NCBI GenBank assembly: GCA_016793685.1
Contig: JAEULX010000146.1
Location: forward strand, 1-44,667
Reading direction: 5' to 3'
Length of the DNA: 44,667 nucleotides
DNA from: Bradyrhizobiaceae bacterium
GTDB taxonomy: Bacteria > Pseudomonadota > Alphaproteobacteria > Rhizobiales > Xanthobacteraceae
Positions within the stretch are counted from its first letter, which is position 1; each line of letters starts with the position of its first letter. The position numbers were made by a program, and so were the translations under genes. This document shows positions 17,477-28,023 of this stretch, piece by piece. The notes under the pieces are model-generated. The model was not told the origin of the DNA, searched no databases, and saw only the letters and a program-made list of their open reading frames with translations.

Positions 17477-17971
17477 TCACGGCCGAAGCGCCCAGGCGAG
17501 GCGATAGACGCCGTAGATGACGGCTGCCGGGCTCGGGCCGAAGTACCGGCTGTCGTAGCTGTCTGAGCCCTCACCCAGGCCGACATACTCGTCGTCCCGC
17601 AATGAGCGGCAGTCCCGCCAGACGGGAACGCCCAGCTCGCGGGCCCGGGCCGAAGGGCCGGGGAGAAGCCGGCCGTTCAGCCGTTGCGCCTGCCGCCCCT
17701 CGTCCCAGCAGAAGTTATCTCCTGCGCGGCCGACGACCGTCTTCATCAGGTAGGACCGCCCCCAATTCGGGGCCTTCGCGAGCACGACCACCTCTCCCGG
17801 CGCGGCCGGCAGCGGGTGGTCGTAGACATAAACGCCCCTCGGCATCGACGTGCCGGTCTCAAGCAGAACGAGCGGCGGCGCTCCGAACCACCGGGGGATG
17901 TAGAGCGCCAACCCGGCCAAAGGGATCATTGCCAGGATCAGCCACCGGGCGCGCCTTGAGCGAACGCTCAA
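17477..17971 (-). CDS. traF: TraF-like S26 peptidase (pilin maturase)
   Basis: TSMPRG (Ser), LMKTV (Lys) and SYDSRYFGP motifs; N-terminal TM anchor; TTG start inferred from the TTGA overlap with the upstream stop. Confidence 0.85.
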   Translation of the reverse strand: MSVRSRRARWLILAMIPLAGLALYIPRWFGAPPLVLLETGTSMPRGVYVYDHPLPAAPGEVVVLAKAPNWGRSYLMKTVVGRAGDNFCWDEGRQAQRLNGRLLPGPSARARELGVPVWRDCRSLRDDEYVGLGEGSDSYDSRYFGPSPAAVIYGVYRLAWALRP

Positions 17972-18204
17972 AGGACGACCGAAACGCCCATCATGATCAT
18001 CCCAAGGCAGACCAGCCCGACCCCGCGAAAGGTGAGGGTGGCAAGCCACGGCTCACGCGAGCGAAGAACCAGACCGGCGACGATCATCACCGTGCCGGCG
18101 CCGATGATCCAGAGACCGAGGCCCTCGATCGTCGGCAGCAGAGCGGCGAGAACGGCCTCGAAACGGCCGGAAATGTTGAATGCGTCGTTCATGGCCATCC
18201 TCAC
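17968..18204 (-). CDS. Small two-TM membrane protein coupled to traF
   Basis: 74-78 aa depending on start; two hydrophobic helices; stop overlaps the inferred traF start. Confidence 0.6.
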   Translation of the reverse strand: MRMAMNDAFNISGRFEAVLAALLPTIEGLGLWIIGAGTVMIVAGLVLRSREPWLATLTFRGVGLVCLGMIMMGVSVVL

Positions 18205-18414
18205 GCCGGAGGATTCGGGGCAGGTTTGCCATCGCCGCTACAGTGGCGTAGCATGTAGCATATTGCAATAGCATTTGTGGGCCGGCCGCTCTGTCGATAT
18301 TGATTTATATCAACAGCTTGCTGGCGACAGGGGCTGAGCGTTCGGCGCACCTGTCAGGTATGTATCATCTTCCTTGGCAGGCCGGCCGCGGCCTGTGGCG
18401 AAGGAGAAGGAGAA

Positions 18415-19341
18415 ATGAGCGGGTCGGTCATTTCCGATGTGGCGCTGGAGTTCTTCCGAGGACGGCTGCGGCGGTTTTTCGAGCTGGTCGAGGCCGACGC
18501 CATGCTCTCGGACATCGTCTACAGCGACGGCCGGACCGTCGTCGATTCCGGCGGGCGGCGATGGGTGATGGAGGACTCGCCCCTCACCGACGCCATGGTG
18601 ATGGACATCGGCGCCAATGCGGCCGTCTTCTCCGGCCGCGAGTTCTCGCGGACCTCGCCGTTCCTCTCGATCCGGGTGCCGCCCAGTCTCCGTTTGACCA
18701 TGACCAGGCCGCCCGAGGTCCATCGACCGGTAATGGTCATCCGCTCGCTGACCCGCACGCATCTGCCATTGGAACGCTACGTCGAGGACAAGATCGCAAC
18801 CCCCGACCAGGCCGACCAGCTCCGGCTCCTGGTCGAGCGCGGGATTACGGCGATGATCTCCGGCGGTCAGGTCTCCGGAAAGACGACGCTCATGCGCACC
18901 CTGATCGGCCTGATCCCCGAGCACGAGCGGATCGTGACGATGGAAGACACCCGCGAGCTGTACCTGACCGCCGCGGACAAGGAGAGCCCACGGCCGAACT
19001 GGATCGCGCTTGAATGCGTGCCCAACGTGAGCACGCTCGCCGACCTGCTTCAGCGCTCGCTACGGATGTCGGCCGACCGGCTGATCGTCGGCGAAGTCCG
19101 CGGGCCCGAGGCCTTGCAGCTGGTCCGCGCGCTCAATACCGGCCACGGCGGCTCGATGTTCACCCTACACGCCAACGGGCGCGAAAAGTCGATGGCGCGG
19201 CTGCATTCGCTGGTGTTGGAGGCGGAGCCGAACTCGCGGTTCGAGGCCGTCGAGGCCTCGATCGGCGCCGTCGTGCAAATCGCGGTCAAAGACGGGCGGC
19301 GGCGCATCGACGACATTTGGCTGAATCCGAACGCTCTTTGA
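18415..19341 (+). CDS. trbB: TrbB/VirB11 secretion ATPase
   Basis: GGQVSGKTT Walker A, EDTREL Asp box, LRMSADRLIVGEVRG Walker B, TGHGGSMFTLHAN His box; strong AGGAG SD. Confidence 0.93.
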   Translation: MSGSVISDVALEFFRGRLRRFFELVEADAMLSDIVYSDGRTVVDSGGRRWVMEDSPLTDAMVMDIGANAAVFSGREFSRTSPFLSIRVPPSLRLTMTRPPEVHRPVMVIRSLTRTHLPLERYVEDKIATPDQADQLRLLVERGITAMISGGQVSGKTTLMRTLIGLIPEHERIVTMEDTRELYLTAADKESPRPNWIALECVPNVSTLADLLQRSLRMSADRLIVGEVRGPEALQLVRALNTGHGGSMFTLHANGREKSMARLHSLVLEAEPNSRFEAVEASIGAVVQIAVKDGRRRIDDIWLNPNAL

Positions 19342-19473
19342 TGAACCTTGCTGCTCGAAGCAGAGGCGCGCGAGCAGAAGGACGGTTCGGCGGTCCAAGG
19401 ACAGTGAAGTAGTCGCACGGGCAAAGTAAGCGGGTGCCCATCCACGGCACGGCCCTTATGCTGAATGCCCGCT

Positions 19474-20649
<1,176 letters not shown>

Positions 20650-20708
20650 TGCTGTTCCCTAGATCCACCTGTCTTCGGACAAACGCGACCAAAGACGGAA
20701 AAGCGGCT

Positions 20709-21917
20709 TCAGATCCGTTCGATGACGGCGGCGATGCCCTGTCCGACTCCGATGCACATTGTCACCAGCGCGTAGCGGCCGCCGGCCCGCTCAAGCTGTC
20801 TCAACGCCGTCAGCGCCAGCCGCGCCCCGGAGGCGCCCAGGGGATGGCCAATGGCGATGGCGCCGCCGTTGGGATTGAGCCGGGTGTCGTCGGCCGAAAG
20901 CTGCATCTGCCTGAGGCAGCCGAGAACCTGGGCGGCGAACGCCTCGTTGATCTCGATCACATCCATCTGCGCGAGGCTGAGCCCGGCGCGCTCGAGCGCC
21001 TTGCGGGAGGAGGGAACGGGACCGAGCCCCATCAGGCGGGGCTCGACCCCGGCGATGGCGCCGGCCAGCAGGCGCCCGCGCGGCTGTGCGCCGCAGCGCT
21101 TACCGGCGGCGAGCGTGCCGACGAGCAGCGCCGCCGCGCCGTCGTTGATGCCGGACGCGGTGCCTGCCGTCACCACCCCGCCATCGAACAGGGGCCTGAG
21201 CGCCGCCAGCTTCTCGTAGGTTGTTCCAGGCCGCGGATGTTCGTCCTCGCTGACCTGCACAGGCAAGGCCTGGTCTCTGCTTTTTCCCGGCACGGGGATG
21301 GCCATGATCTCATCGGCGTAGAAGGAGGCCTGCTTCGCCGCCTGATACTTCGCCTGCGACGCCTCGGCGAAGCGATCGCTTTCAGCCCGGCGGATGTCCA
21401 GCGCGCTGGCAACGTTGTCCGCCGTCGCCGGCATCGTGTCGCTGCCGAACTGGGCCGCCAACCGCATGTTGGGAAATCGCGCGCCCATGGTGCTGTCGTA
21501 GAGTTCGGCACTGCGGCTGAACGGCTTTTCCGCCTTTCCGAGCACGAAGGGAGCGCGCGACATGCTTTCGACCCCGCCGGCGACGAACAGCTCGCCCTCG
21601 CCGCACGTCGCGGCGCGCGCGGCGTCCAGGATGGCGGCGAGGCCGCTGCCGCAAAGGCGGTTGACCGTCTGTCCGCCCGCCTCTATCGGCAGGCCGGCGA
21701 GCAGGCCACCCTGCCGGCCGATGTTGCGGGAGTCTTCGCCGGCTTGGCACGTGCACCCGGCGATGACGTCCTCGACCTCCTCTGGACTGAAGGCGTTGCG
21801 GGCCATCAGGCCGCGGATCGTCTCGCCCAGGAGCTCGTCGGGACGGACGCCGGAAAGGCAACCGGCGTGGCGGCCGAACGGCGTCCGGACGCCGTCGTAA
21901 AGGTATGCATCCAGCAT
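20709..21917 (-). CDS. dcaF: 3-oxoadipyl-CoA / beta-ketoacyl-CoA thiolase (DcaF/PcaF-like)
   Basis: NRLCGSG, EINEAFA, GHPLGASG and MCIGVGQG catalytic motifs; N-terminus resembles DcaF as recalled. Confidence 0.9.
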   Translation of the reverse strand: MLDAYLYDGVRTPFGRHAGCLSGVRPDELLGETIRGLMARNAFSPEEVEDVIAGCTCQAGEDSRNIGRQGGLLAGLPIEAGGQTVNRLCGSGLAAILDAARAATCGEGELFVAGGVESMSRAPFVLGKAEKPFSRSAELYDSTMGARFPNMRLAAQFGSDTMPATADNVASALDIRRAESDRFAEASQAKYQAAKQASFYADEIMAIPVPGKSRDQALPVQVSEDEHPRPGTTYEKLAALRPLFDGGVVTAGTASGINDGAAALLVGTLAAGKRCGAQPRGRLLAGAIAGVEPRLMGLGPVPSSRKALERAGLSLAQMDVIEINEAFAAQVLGCLRQMQLSADDTRLNPNGGAIAIGHPLGASGARLALTALRQLERAGGRYALVTMCIGVGQGIAAVIERI

Positions 21918-21932
21918 CGGCGCTGTTCTCCC

Positions 21933-23471
21933 TTACCGGTGTTCCGGCGTCGCCAGCGACACGCCAAGCATGGCGCGCCGTTTGAGCCAGGGGCTCGGGC
22001 GGTAGCGGGCGTCTCCGTAGAACGCGTACATCGCTTCGAGAATTTCGACGACACGGCGGGGCCCGATGTCGTCGCCGAATCGGAGCGGCCCCTTCGGATA
22101 GCCGAGGCCGATGGTGACGGCCCGGTCGATGATATCGGGCGTTGCGATCTTCTGCTGGGCAATATCGCAGCCGATGTTGACGATGGTCGCGACAACCCGC
22201 TGCGCGACGAAACCGGGGCTGTCGTTGATGATCGTCACCGGCGTGCCGTCGCCGGCAAGGGCGGCGTGGGCCGCCCGCCGCGCATCGGGGCGGGTGAGCG
22301 AGGTGGTCATCAGGGTCCGCCGCCGCTCGAGCCCGAACAGCGTATCGACGGCGAGCGTCCGGCTCGCATCGAGCCCCTCGCGGACGGCCGATGTGGTCGC
22401 GTCCATGCCCAACGGCGCGACGAGGCAGACGGCGGCAGCGGAGGGGCTTTCGCCCTCTTCCACCGCGATGTCCAGCGTGTCCAGCAGTCTCATGAGCTTT
22501 ATGGTGCGCCTGCCGTGCGCCGGGCTGACCCAGATCGGCAGACCTTCCGGCTCCGGAACCTCAGGCGCGGGCGGTGCCTGAAGCTTGCCGTCGACGTAGT
22601 CGTAGAACCCGCGGCCGGACTTGCGCCCCAACAGGCCCGCGGCGACCCGCTGGCGGGTCATCGGCGACGGACGGAAGCGCGGTTCATTGTAGAATTGCGC
22701 GTAAATGGACTCCATCACCGCTTGCGAAACGTCGAGCCCGGTGAGGTCCATCAATTCGAACGGACCCATGCGGAAGCCCACGGCCTCGCGCAGCACGGCA
22801 TCGACGTCCGCGAAGCCGGCAATTCCCTCCTGGACGATGCGCAGGCCCTCTGTGCCGAGACCGCGTCCGGCGTGGTTGATCAGAAAACCGGGCATGTCGA
22901 CGGTCTCGACCGGAAGGTGGCCCATCCGGCGGGCGATGCCGGACAGGGCGTCGATCACCCATGGGTCGGTCAGCGCGCCGCGAATGACCTCGACCACCTT
23001 CATCAACGCGACGGGGTTGAAGAAATGGTAGCCGGCGAGCCGCCCGGGCCGGCGGCTGCCGGCGGCAATGGCGGTCACAGACAGCGATGACGTGTTGGTG
23101 GCAAGGATGCAGTCCTCGTCGACCACCCCGTCAAGACGCGCAAACAGCGCCCGTTTGGCCTCCAGATCCTCGGCGATGGCCTCGACGACGACGTGACACG
23201 CGGCGAATGCCGCATCGTCCACCGCGATCTCGATGCGCCCGAGTGCCGCCTCTGCGTCCGCCGCGTCCAGCCGTCCCTTCCGCGTGGCCCTCTCGAACAG
23301 CCCGGCGATGAAGCCGACCGCCTCGCCGGCCACCTCGCGACGTGCGTCGAACAGCCGGACCGCGATACCCGCCTGCGCCGCCACCTGGGCAATGCCTCGC
23401 CCCATCGCCCCGGCGCCGATCACACCCAGGCAAAGGTCGGTCCGATCCGGATCCAGCGGCATCGTGCTCAC
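21933..23471 (-). CDS. dcaH: 3-hydroxyacyl-CoA dehydrogenase (DcaH/PaaH-like)
   Basis: GAGAMGRGIA Rossmann motif, ATNTSSLS, HFFNPV, duplicated C-terminal domain; 512 aa. Confidence 0.9.
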   Translation of the reverse strand: MSTMPLDPDRTDLCLGVIGAGAMGRGIAQVAAQAGIAVRLFDARREVAGEAVGFIAGLFERATRKGRLDAADAEAALGRIEIAVDDAAFAACHVVVEAIAEDLEAKRALFARLDGVVDEDCILATNTSSLSVTAIAAGSRRPGRLAGYHFFNPVALMKVVEVIRGALTDPWVIDALSGIARRMGHLPVETVDMPGFLINHAGRGLGTEGLRIVQEGIAGFADVDAVLREAVGFRMGPFELMDLTGLDVSQAVMESIYAQFYNEPRFRPSPMTRQRVAAGLLGRKSGRGFYDYVDGKLQAPPAPEVPEPEGLPIWVSPAHGRRTIKLMRLLDTLDIAVEEGESPSAAAVCLVAPLGMDATTSAVREGLDASRTLAVDTLFGLERRRTLMTTSLTRPDARRAAHAALAGDGTPVTIINDSPGFVAQRVVATIVNIGCDIAQQKIATPDIIDRAVTIGLGYPKGPLRFGDDIGPRRVVEILEAMYAFYGDARYRPSPWLKRRAMLGVSLATPEHR

Positions 23472-24238
23472 CGTCCCTCATACTCCGGCGCCCGCTTCTC
23501 GAAGAACGCCCGCATCCCCTCCTTCTGGTCCCTGCTCGCGAACAGCAACTGGAACGCCTTCCTTTCCAGCGCCAGCGCCGCATCCAAAGACGCATCCTGC
23601 CCGGCCAGCAGAACCTCCTTGATCTGCGTCACCGCCAGCGGCGGCATCGCCGCGATCTGTTCGGCAAGGACCATGGCGCGGCTCAGCACGTCGGTATCTG
23701 GAACGACTTCGCTGACGAGACCCATCCGCTCGGCCTCCATCGCCGTCACGGAGCCGCCGGTCAACACCATCTTCATCGCCTTGAATTTACCGACAGCGCG
23801 GGCCAGCCGCTGCGTACCGCCCGCGCCGGGCATGATCCCGACCCGTACTTCGGGTTGCCCGAACTTCGCGCCTTCGCCGGCGACGATGATGTCCGCGTGC
23901 ATCGCGAGTTCGCAGCCGCCGCCGAAGGCATACCCGTTCACCGCCGCGATCACCGGCGTTGGGCACGACGCGATTGCCCGCCACAGCAGGTGGGTCTGGC
24001 GCAGCATCATCTCGATCGCGCCCGCATCCGCCATCTCCGACAGATCCGCGCCGGCCGCGAAAGCCTCGTCGTTGCCCGTCAGCACGATGCAGCGGATGGC
24101 GCTCTCGCCCGCCAGTCGGGAGACGTGCTCCGCCAACAGCTCACGGACTTTCAGGTTGAGCGCGTTTTTGACCTGCGGGCGATTGATCCGGACCAGAGCG
24201 ACATGCACCCCGGCCCTTTCCACCACCACTTCATCCAT
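23468..24238 (-). CDS. dcaE: Enoyl-CoA hydratase (DcaE/PaaF-like)
   Basis: FAAGADL, GGGCELAM, FGQPE and PGAGGTQRL crotonase motifs; ATG at 24238 after GGGAGG. Confidence 0.9.
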   Translation of the reverse strand: MDEVVVERAGVHVALVRINRPQVKNALNLKVRELLAEHVSRLAGESAIRCIVLTGNDEAFAAGADLSEMADAGAIEMMLRQTHLLWRAIASCPTPVIAAVNGYAFGGGCELAMHADIIVAGEGAKFGQPEVRVGIMPGAGGTQRLARAVGKFKAMKMVLTGGSVTAMEAERMGLVSEVVPDTDVLSRAMVLAEQIAAMPPLAVTQIKEVLLAGQDASLDAALALERKAFQLLFASRDQKEGMRAFFEKRAPEYEGR

Positions 24239-24248
24239 CAAGCCTCCC

Positions 24249-24267
24249 AATTCCGCTAAGCGGAATT
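24249..24267. promoter_or_regulatory. Palindromic operator, probably for the adjacent IclR regulator
   Basis: AATTCCGC-TAA-GCGGAATT perfect inverted repeat in the divergent promoter region. Confidence 0.65.
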
Positions 24268-24393
24268 TATTTCCGCGATTGTTGACACGGACGTTAAACC
24301 CGCTTCACACTGCCAAGCAACCAGAAATCGCGGCCGGCGGACTCCGTTACGTCGCTGCGCCAGCAGTTCGGCACGCGGATAGGGAGCGCGTCC

Positions 24394-25230
24394 TTGAGGA
24401 AGAGACAGGCAGGCAATGGTCCGCCGACCGCCGATCCTGCGGGCATGCGCGATCGGCAGTTCGTCAACGGACTGGCGCGCGGCCTGGAGGTTATGAGAGC
24501 CTTCCGTCCTGATGACGGCCCGCTCGGCAACCATGACCTCGCGGAGCGGACGGGCCTGCCACGGTCGACCGTCTCCCGCCTCAGCTACACCCTGACATCC
24601 CTCGGATATCTCAGCTATTCCACCTCCCTCGGAAAATACGCGCTGGCTACGCCTGTGCTGTCCCTGGGCTATGCCTGCTTGGCGGGAATGAGCGTTCGCG
24701 ACATCGCCCGCCCGCTCATGCATGAGCTTGCCCAGCAGAGCGGGGCGTCGGTCGCGCTTGGCGGCCGCGACCGGCTCAGCATGCTCTACATCGAATGCTG
24801 CCGGCCGGATGCGGCGGTGACACTCAAGCTTGAGGTCGGCTCAAGGATCCCGATCGCGACAACATCAATGGGCCGCGCTCTGCTCGCCGCCCTGCCGAAG
24901 GACGAGCGGGACAGCCTGCTGGAAGAGGTTCGCCGGGGCGAAACGGATCGCTGGTCGCAGATCCTGGATGGCGTTCGCAGAGCCGCGGACGAGTTGCGAG
25001 CCACGGGCTTCGTCACGGCGCTGGGCGAGTGGAACCCGGACGTGAACGGGGTGGGCGTGCCTTTTGTGCCTGTCGACGGCTCGCCGGTTCTGGCCTTCAA
25101 CTGCGGCGGGCCCAGCTTCCTGTTTTCGGCTTCGCGCCTCAGGAACGACATCGGACCGCGCCTCGTCCAGTTGGTGCGCCAAGTCCTAGGCGCAAGCGGC
25201 GTCCAGGAACAGCCCGATGTGACGGAGTAA
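24394..25230 (+). CDS. IclR-family transcriptional regulator (PcaR/DcaR-like)
   Basis: FVNGLARGLEVMRAF, HTH LAERTGLPRSTVSRLSYTL, VGSRIPIATTSMGRA; start is TTG 24394 or ATG 24445. Confidence 0.92.
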   Translation: MRKRQAGNGPPTADPAGMRDRQFVNGLARGLEVMRAFRPDDGPLGNHDLAERTGLPRSTVSRLSYTLTSLGYLSYSTSLGKYALATPVLSLGYACLAGMSVRDIARPLMHELAQQSGASVALGGRDRLSMLYIECCRPDAAVTLKLEVGSRIPIATTSMGRALLAALPKDERDSLLEEVRRGETDRWSQILDGVRRAADELRATGFVTALGEWNPDVNGVGVPFVPVDGSPVLAFNCGGPSFLFSASRLRNDIGPRLVQLVRQVLGASGVQEQPDVTE

Positions 25231-25238
25231 GTGACCAC

Positions 25239-26393
25239 ATGGCTCTCGACCAGCAGACCCTAGATGCGCTTCTCGAAACGGTGGCGCGCTTCGTACGCAA
25301 CCGTCTTGTTCCCCTCGAGGCGTCGGTCGCGGAAAACGACGCCGTGCCCGAGGACGTCATCGCCGAGATGCGCGACCTCGGCCTGTTCGGCTTTGCAATT
25401 CCCGAGGAGTATGGCGGCCTCGGCCTGACGATGGAGGAAGAGGTCCGTCTCGCCTTCGAGCTTGGACAAACGTCGCCGGCGTTCCGCTCGCTTATCGGCA
25501 CCAACAACGGCATCGGCGCCCAGGGCATCATCGCGGACGGCACGGAGGAGCAGAAACAACGCTACCTGCCGCGTCTCGCCTCCGGCGAGATCATCGGCTC
25601 CTTCGCGCTGACCGAGCCCGGGGCCGGATCGGATGCGGCGTCGCTAAAGACCAGCGCCCGCCGCGAGGACGGAGAATACGTCCTCAACGGCACCAAGCGG
25701 TACATCACCAACGCACCCGAAGCCAGTATCTTCACGGTCTTTGCCCGGACCGACCCCGCCTCAAGGGGCGCCAACGGTGTGTCGGCTTTCATCGTCGAAG
25801 CGGACTCGCCGGGGCTGTCGCTCGGCAAACCGGACAGGAAGATGGGACAGCGCGGCACTCACACTACGGACGTCATGTTCGACGACTGCCGGATCCCGGC
25901 AAGCGCTCTTCTCGGCGGGGTCGAGGGACAGGGCTTCAAGACCGCGATGAAGGTGCTGGATCGCGGCCGCCTGCACATCGCCGCCGTCAGCGTCGGCCTT
26001 TCCGAGCGGCTGATCGCCGACAGCCTTCGCTACGCCATGGACCGAAGCCAGTTCGGCAAGCCGATCGCTGAGTTCCAGCTCATCCAAGCGATGCTGGCGG
26101 ACAGCAAGGCCGAGTCGTACGCCGCACGCTGCATGGTTCTTGATGCCGCTAGGCGGCGTGACCGGGGCGAGCGGGTCAGCACCGAGGCGGGGTGCTGCAA
26201 GCTGTTCGCGACCGAAATGGTCGGCCGGGTCGCCGACCGGGCGGTGCAGATCTACGGTGGCGCGGGCTACATCGCCGACTACGGCGTCGAGCGGTTCTAC
26301 CGCGACGTCAGGCTGCTGCGGATCTACGAAGGGACGACCCAGATCCAGCAGCTGGTGATCGCCCGCAACATGATCCGCGAGGCGCAGGCGTGA
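25239..26393 (+). CDS. dcaA: Acyl-CoA dehydrogenase, DcaA (adipyl-CoA dehydrogenase)-like
   Basis: EEEVRLAFELGQTSPAFRSLIGTNNGIG, FALTEPGAGSDAASL, RIYEGTTQIQ; strongly resembles Acinetobacter DcaA as recalled. Confidence 0.88.
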   Translation: MALDQQTLDALLETVARFVRNRLVPLEASVAENDAVPEDVIAEMRDLGLFGFAIPEEYGGLGLTMEEEVRLAFELGQTSPAFRSLIGTNNGIGAQGIIADGTEEQKQRYLPRLASGEIIGSFALTEPGAGSDAASLKTSARREDGEYVLNGTKRYITNAPEASIFTVFARTDPASRGANGVSAFIVEADSPGLSLGKPDRKMGQRGTHTTDVMFDDCRIPASALLGGVEGQGFKTAMKVLDRGRLHIAAVSVGLSERLIADSLRYAMDRSQFGKPIAEFQLIQAMLADSKAESYAARCMVLDAARRRDRGERVSTEAGCCKLFATEMVGRVADRAVQIYGGAGYIADYGVERFYRDVRLLRIYEGTTQIQQLVIARNMIREAQA

Positions 26394-27952
26394 GCGTCAT
26401 CGCGCACGATCTCGCCGCGCTGCCGAAGCGCATCGCGCACCCGGCGCTGCACTGGGCGGACACAACGCCCGATGCGCCGGCCCTGGCCACGGCCGAACGT
26501 GGCCTGACCTACCGCGAGCTGCGGTCGGCGATCGGCGAAGCCAGGAGGCTGCTGGGCGAGATGGGGGTGCGATCCGGCGATCGGGTCATGATTGTTGGCG
26601 AGAACGGGATCGCAATGGTTGTCCTGATCTTCGCGATCAGCGAGCTGGACGCCTGGTCGGTGATCGTCAACGGCCGCCTGTCGGGGCGCGAGCTCGCCGC
26701 CATCGAGACTCACTGCCGGCCGCGGCGTATCCTCTATACGGTGGATGACTCCGCGGACGCCGAGACCCATGCCGCCCAAAGCGGGGCCCGACCCTTACGC
26801 ATCGGCGCGGTCGCGTCGGCAGCGGCGGGCGCTCTCGCCCCGTGCGACGCAGAGCCCACGCATGCCGGCGGCGAGCGTCAGGTCGCTGCGCTGATCTACA
26901 CCTCCGGCACAACGGGCGATCCGCGCGGGGTCATGCTAACCCATCGCAACCTCCTTTACATCGCCTCCGTCTCCGGCAAGCAACGCGGCCTGTGCGCCGG
27001 CGACCGCGTCTACGGCGTGCTGCCCATCGCCCACGTTTTCGGACTGGCCTCGACCTTTCTCGGCACGATCTACGCCGGCGGCTGCCTGGAGACGGTTCCA
27101 CGCTTCGATCCCGCGCTCGTTGTCGCGGCGCTTCAGCGCGGAATCACCGTCCTGCAGGGCGTGCCGGTCATGTACGCACGGTTGCTCGAGTATGCCGAGA
27201 TCCACGGCGCCCGGCTCGCCGGCACCCGCCTTCGCTACCTCTCGGCGGGTGGCGCTCCCCTGGACCTGGGCCTGAAGCAGCGCGTCGAGCGGGCCTTCGG
27301 ACTGCCGCTGAACAACGGCTACGGGTTGACCGAATGCTCGCCCACCGTGGCGCAGACGCGGATGGATGCGCCGCGGGATGACGAGTCCGTCGGCCCGCCG
27401 CTGCCCGGTCTGGAAACGCGTATTGTCGACGAGGACGGGCGCGACGTGGAGACGGGGGCAGTCGGGGAGCTGTGGGTGCGCGGCCCCAACGTCATGGCCG
27501 GCTACTACCGCGATGCGGATGCCACGGCGGCCGCAATCACCGCCGATGGATGGCTCAGGAGCGGCGATCTTGCGCGGCGCGATCCGGTCGATCCGGACGG
27601 CAGCCTGTTCATCGTCGGCCGCAGGAAGGAACTGATCGTTCACTCCGGGTTCAACGTCTATCCGGCCGAGGTCGAGGGCGTACTCAGCCTTCACCCCGAG
27701 GTGACCGTCGCGGCGGTCGTCGGCAAGTCCGCGGCCAGCAACGAGGACGTCTTCGCGTTCGTGCAGGTCGTGCCGGGCAGCGCCGTCTCCGAGGCGGACC
27801 TGAAACAGTTCGCTGCGAAGAGGCTGGCTCCCTACAAGGTGCCGGGACGGATCGTGAGGCTTGAGTCGCTTCCCGCCTCGTCCACCGGCAAGATACTCAA
27901 GAAGGAACTTGTGAAGCAGGCGCGAGGGATGGAGCCGGAAAGCATACCTTGA
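26390..27952 (+). CDS. AMP-dependent acyl-CoA synthetase/ligase
   Basis: YTSGTTGDPRG, GYGLTE, SGDL and GFNVYPAEVE motifs; GTG start at 26390 overlaps the upstream stop. Confidence 0.92.
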   Translation: MSVIAHDLAALPKRIAHPALHWADTTPDAPALATAERGLTYRELRSAIGEARRLLGEMGVRSGDRVMIVGENGIAMVVLIFAISELDAWSVIVNGRLSGRELAAIETHCRPRRILYTVDDSADAETHAAQSGARPLRIGAVASAAAGALAPCDAEPTHAGGERQVAALIYTSGTTGDPRGVMLTHRNLLYIASVSGKQRGLCAGDRVYGVLPIAHVFGLASTFLGTIYAGGCLETVPRFDPALVVAALQRGITVLQGVPVMYARLLEYAEIHGARLAGTRLRYLSAGGAPLDLGLKQRVERAFGLPLNNGYGLTECSPTVAQTRMDAPRDDESVGPPLPGLETRIVDEDGRDVETGAVGELWVRGPNVMAGYYRDADATAAAITADGWLRSGDLARRDPVDPDGSLFIVGRRKELIVHSGFNVYPAEVEGVLSLHPEVTVAAVVGKSAASNEDVFAFVQVVPGSAVSEADLKQFAAKRLAPYKVPGRIVRLESLPASSTGKILKKELVKQARGMEPESIP

Positions 27953-28023
27953 AGGAAGACGAGAGTGCTCCTCCATGAGAAGGGGCCAGAGACCATAATA
28001 TCCGGAAGATCTGGGAGGAAAGA

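Noticed and set aside
19415-19432. Partial inverted iteron CACGGGCA after virB11
   Set aside because: Only 8 of 18 bases match contiguously, which is expected by chance in GC-rich DNA.
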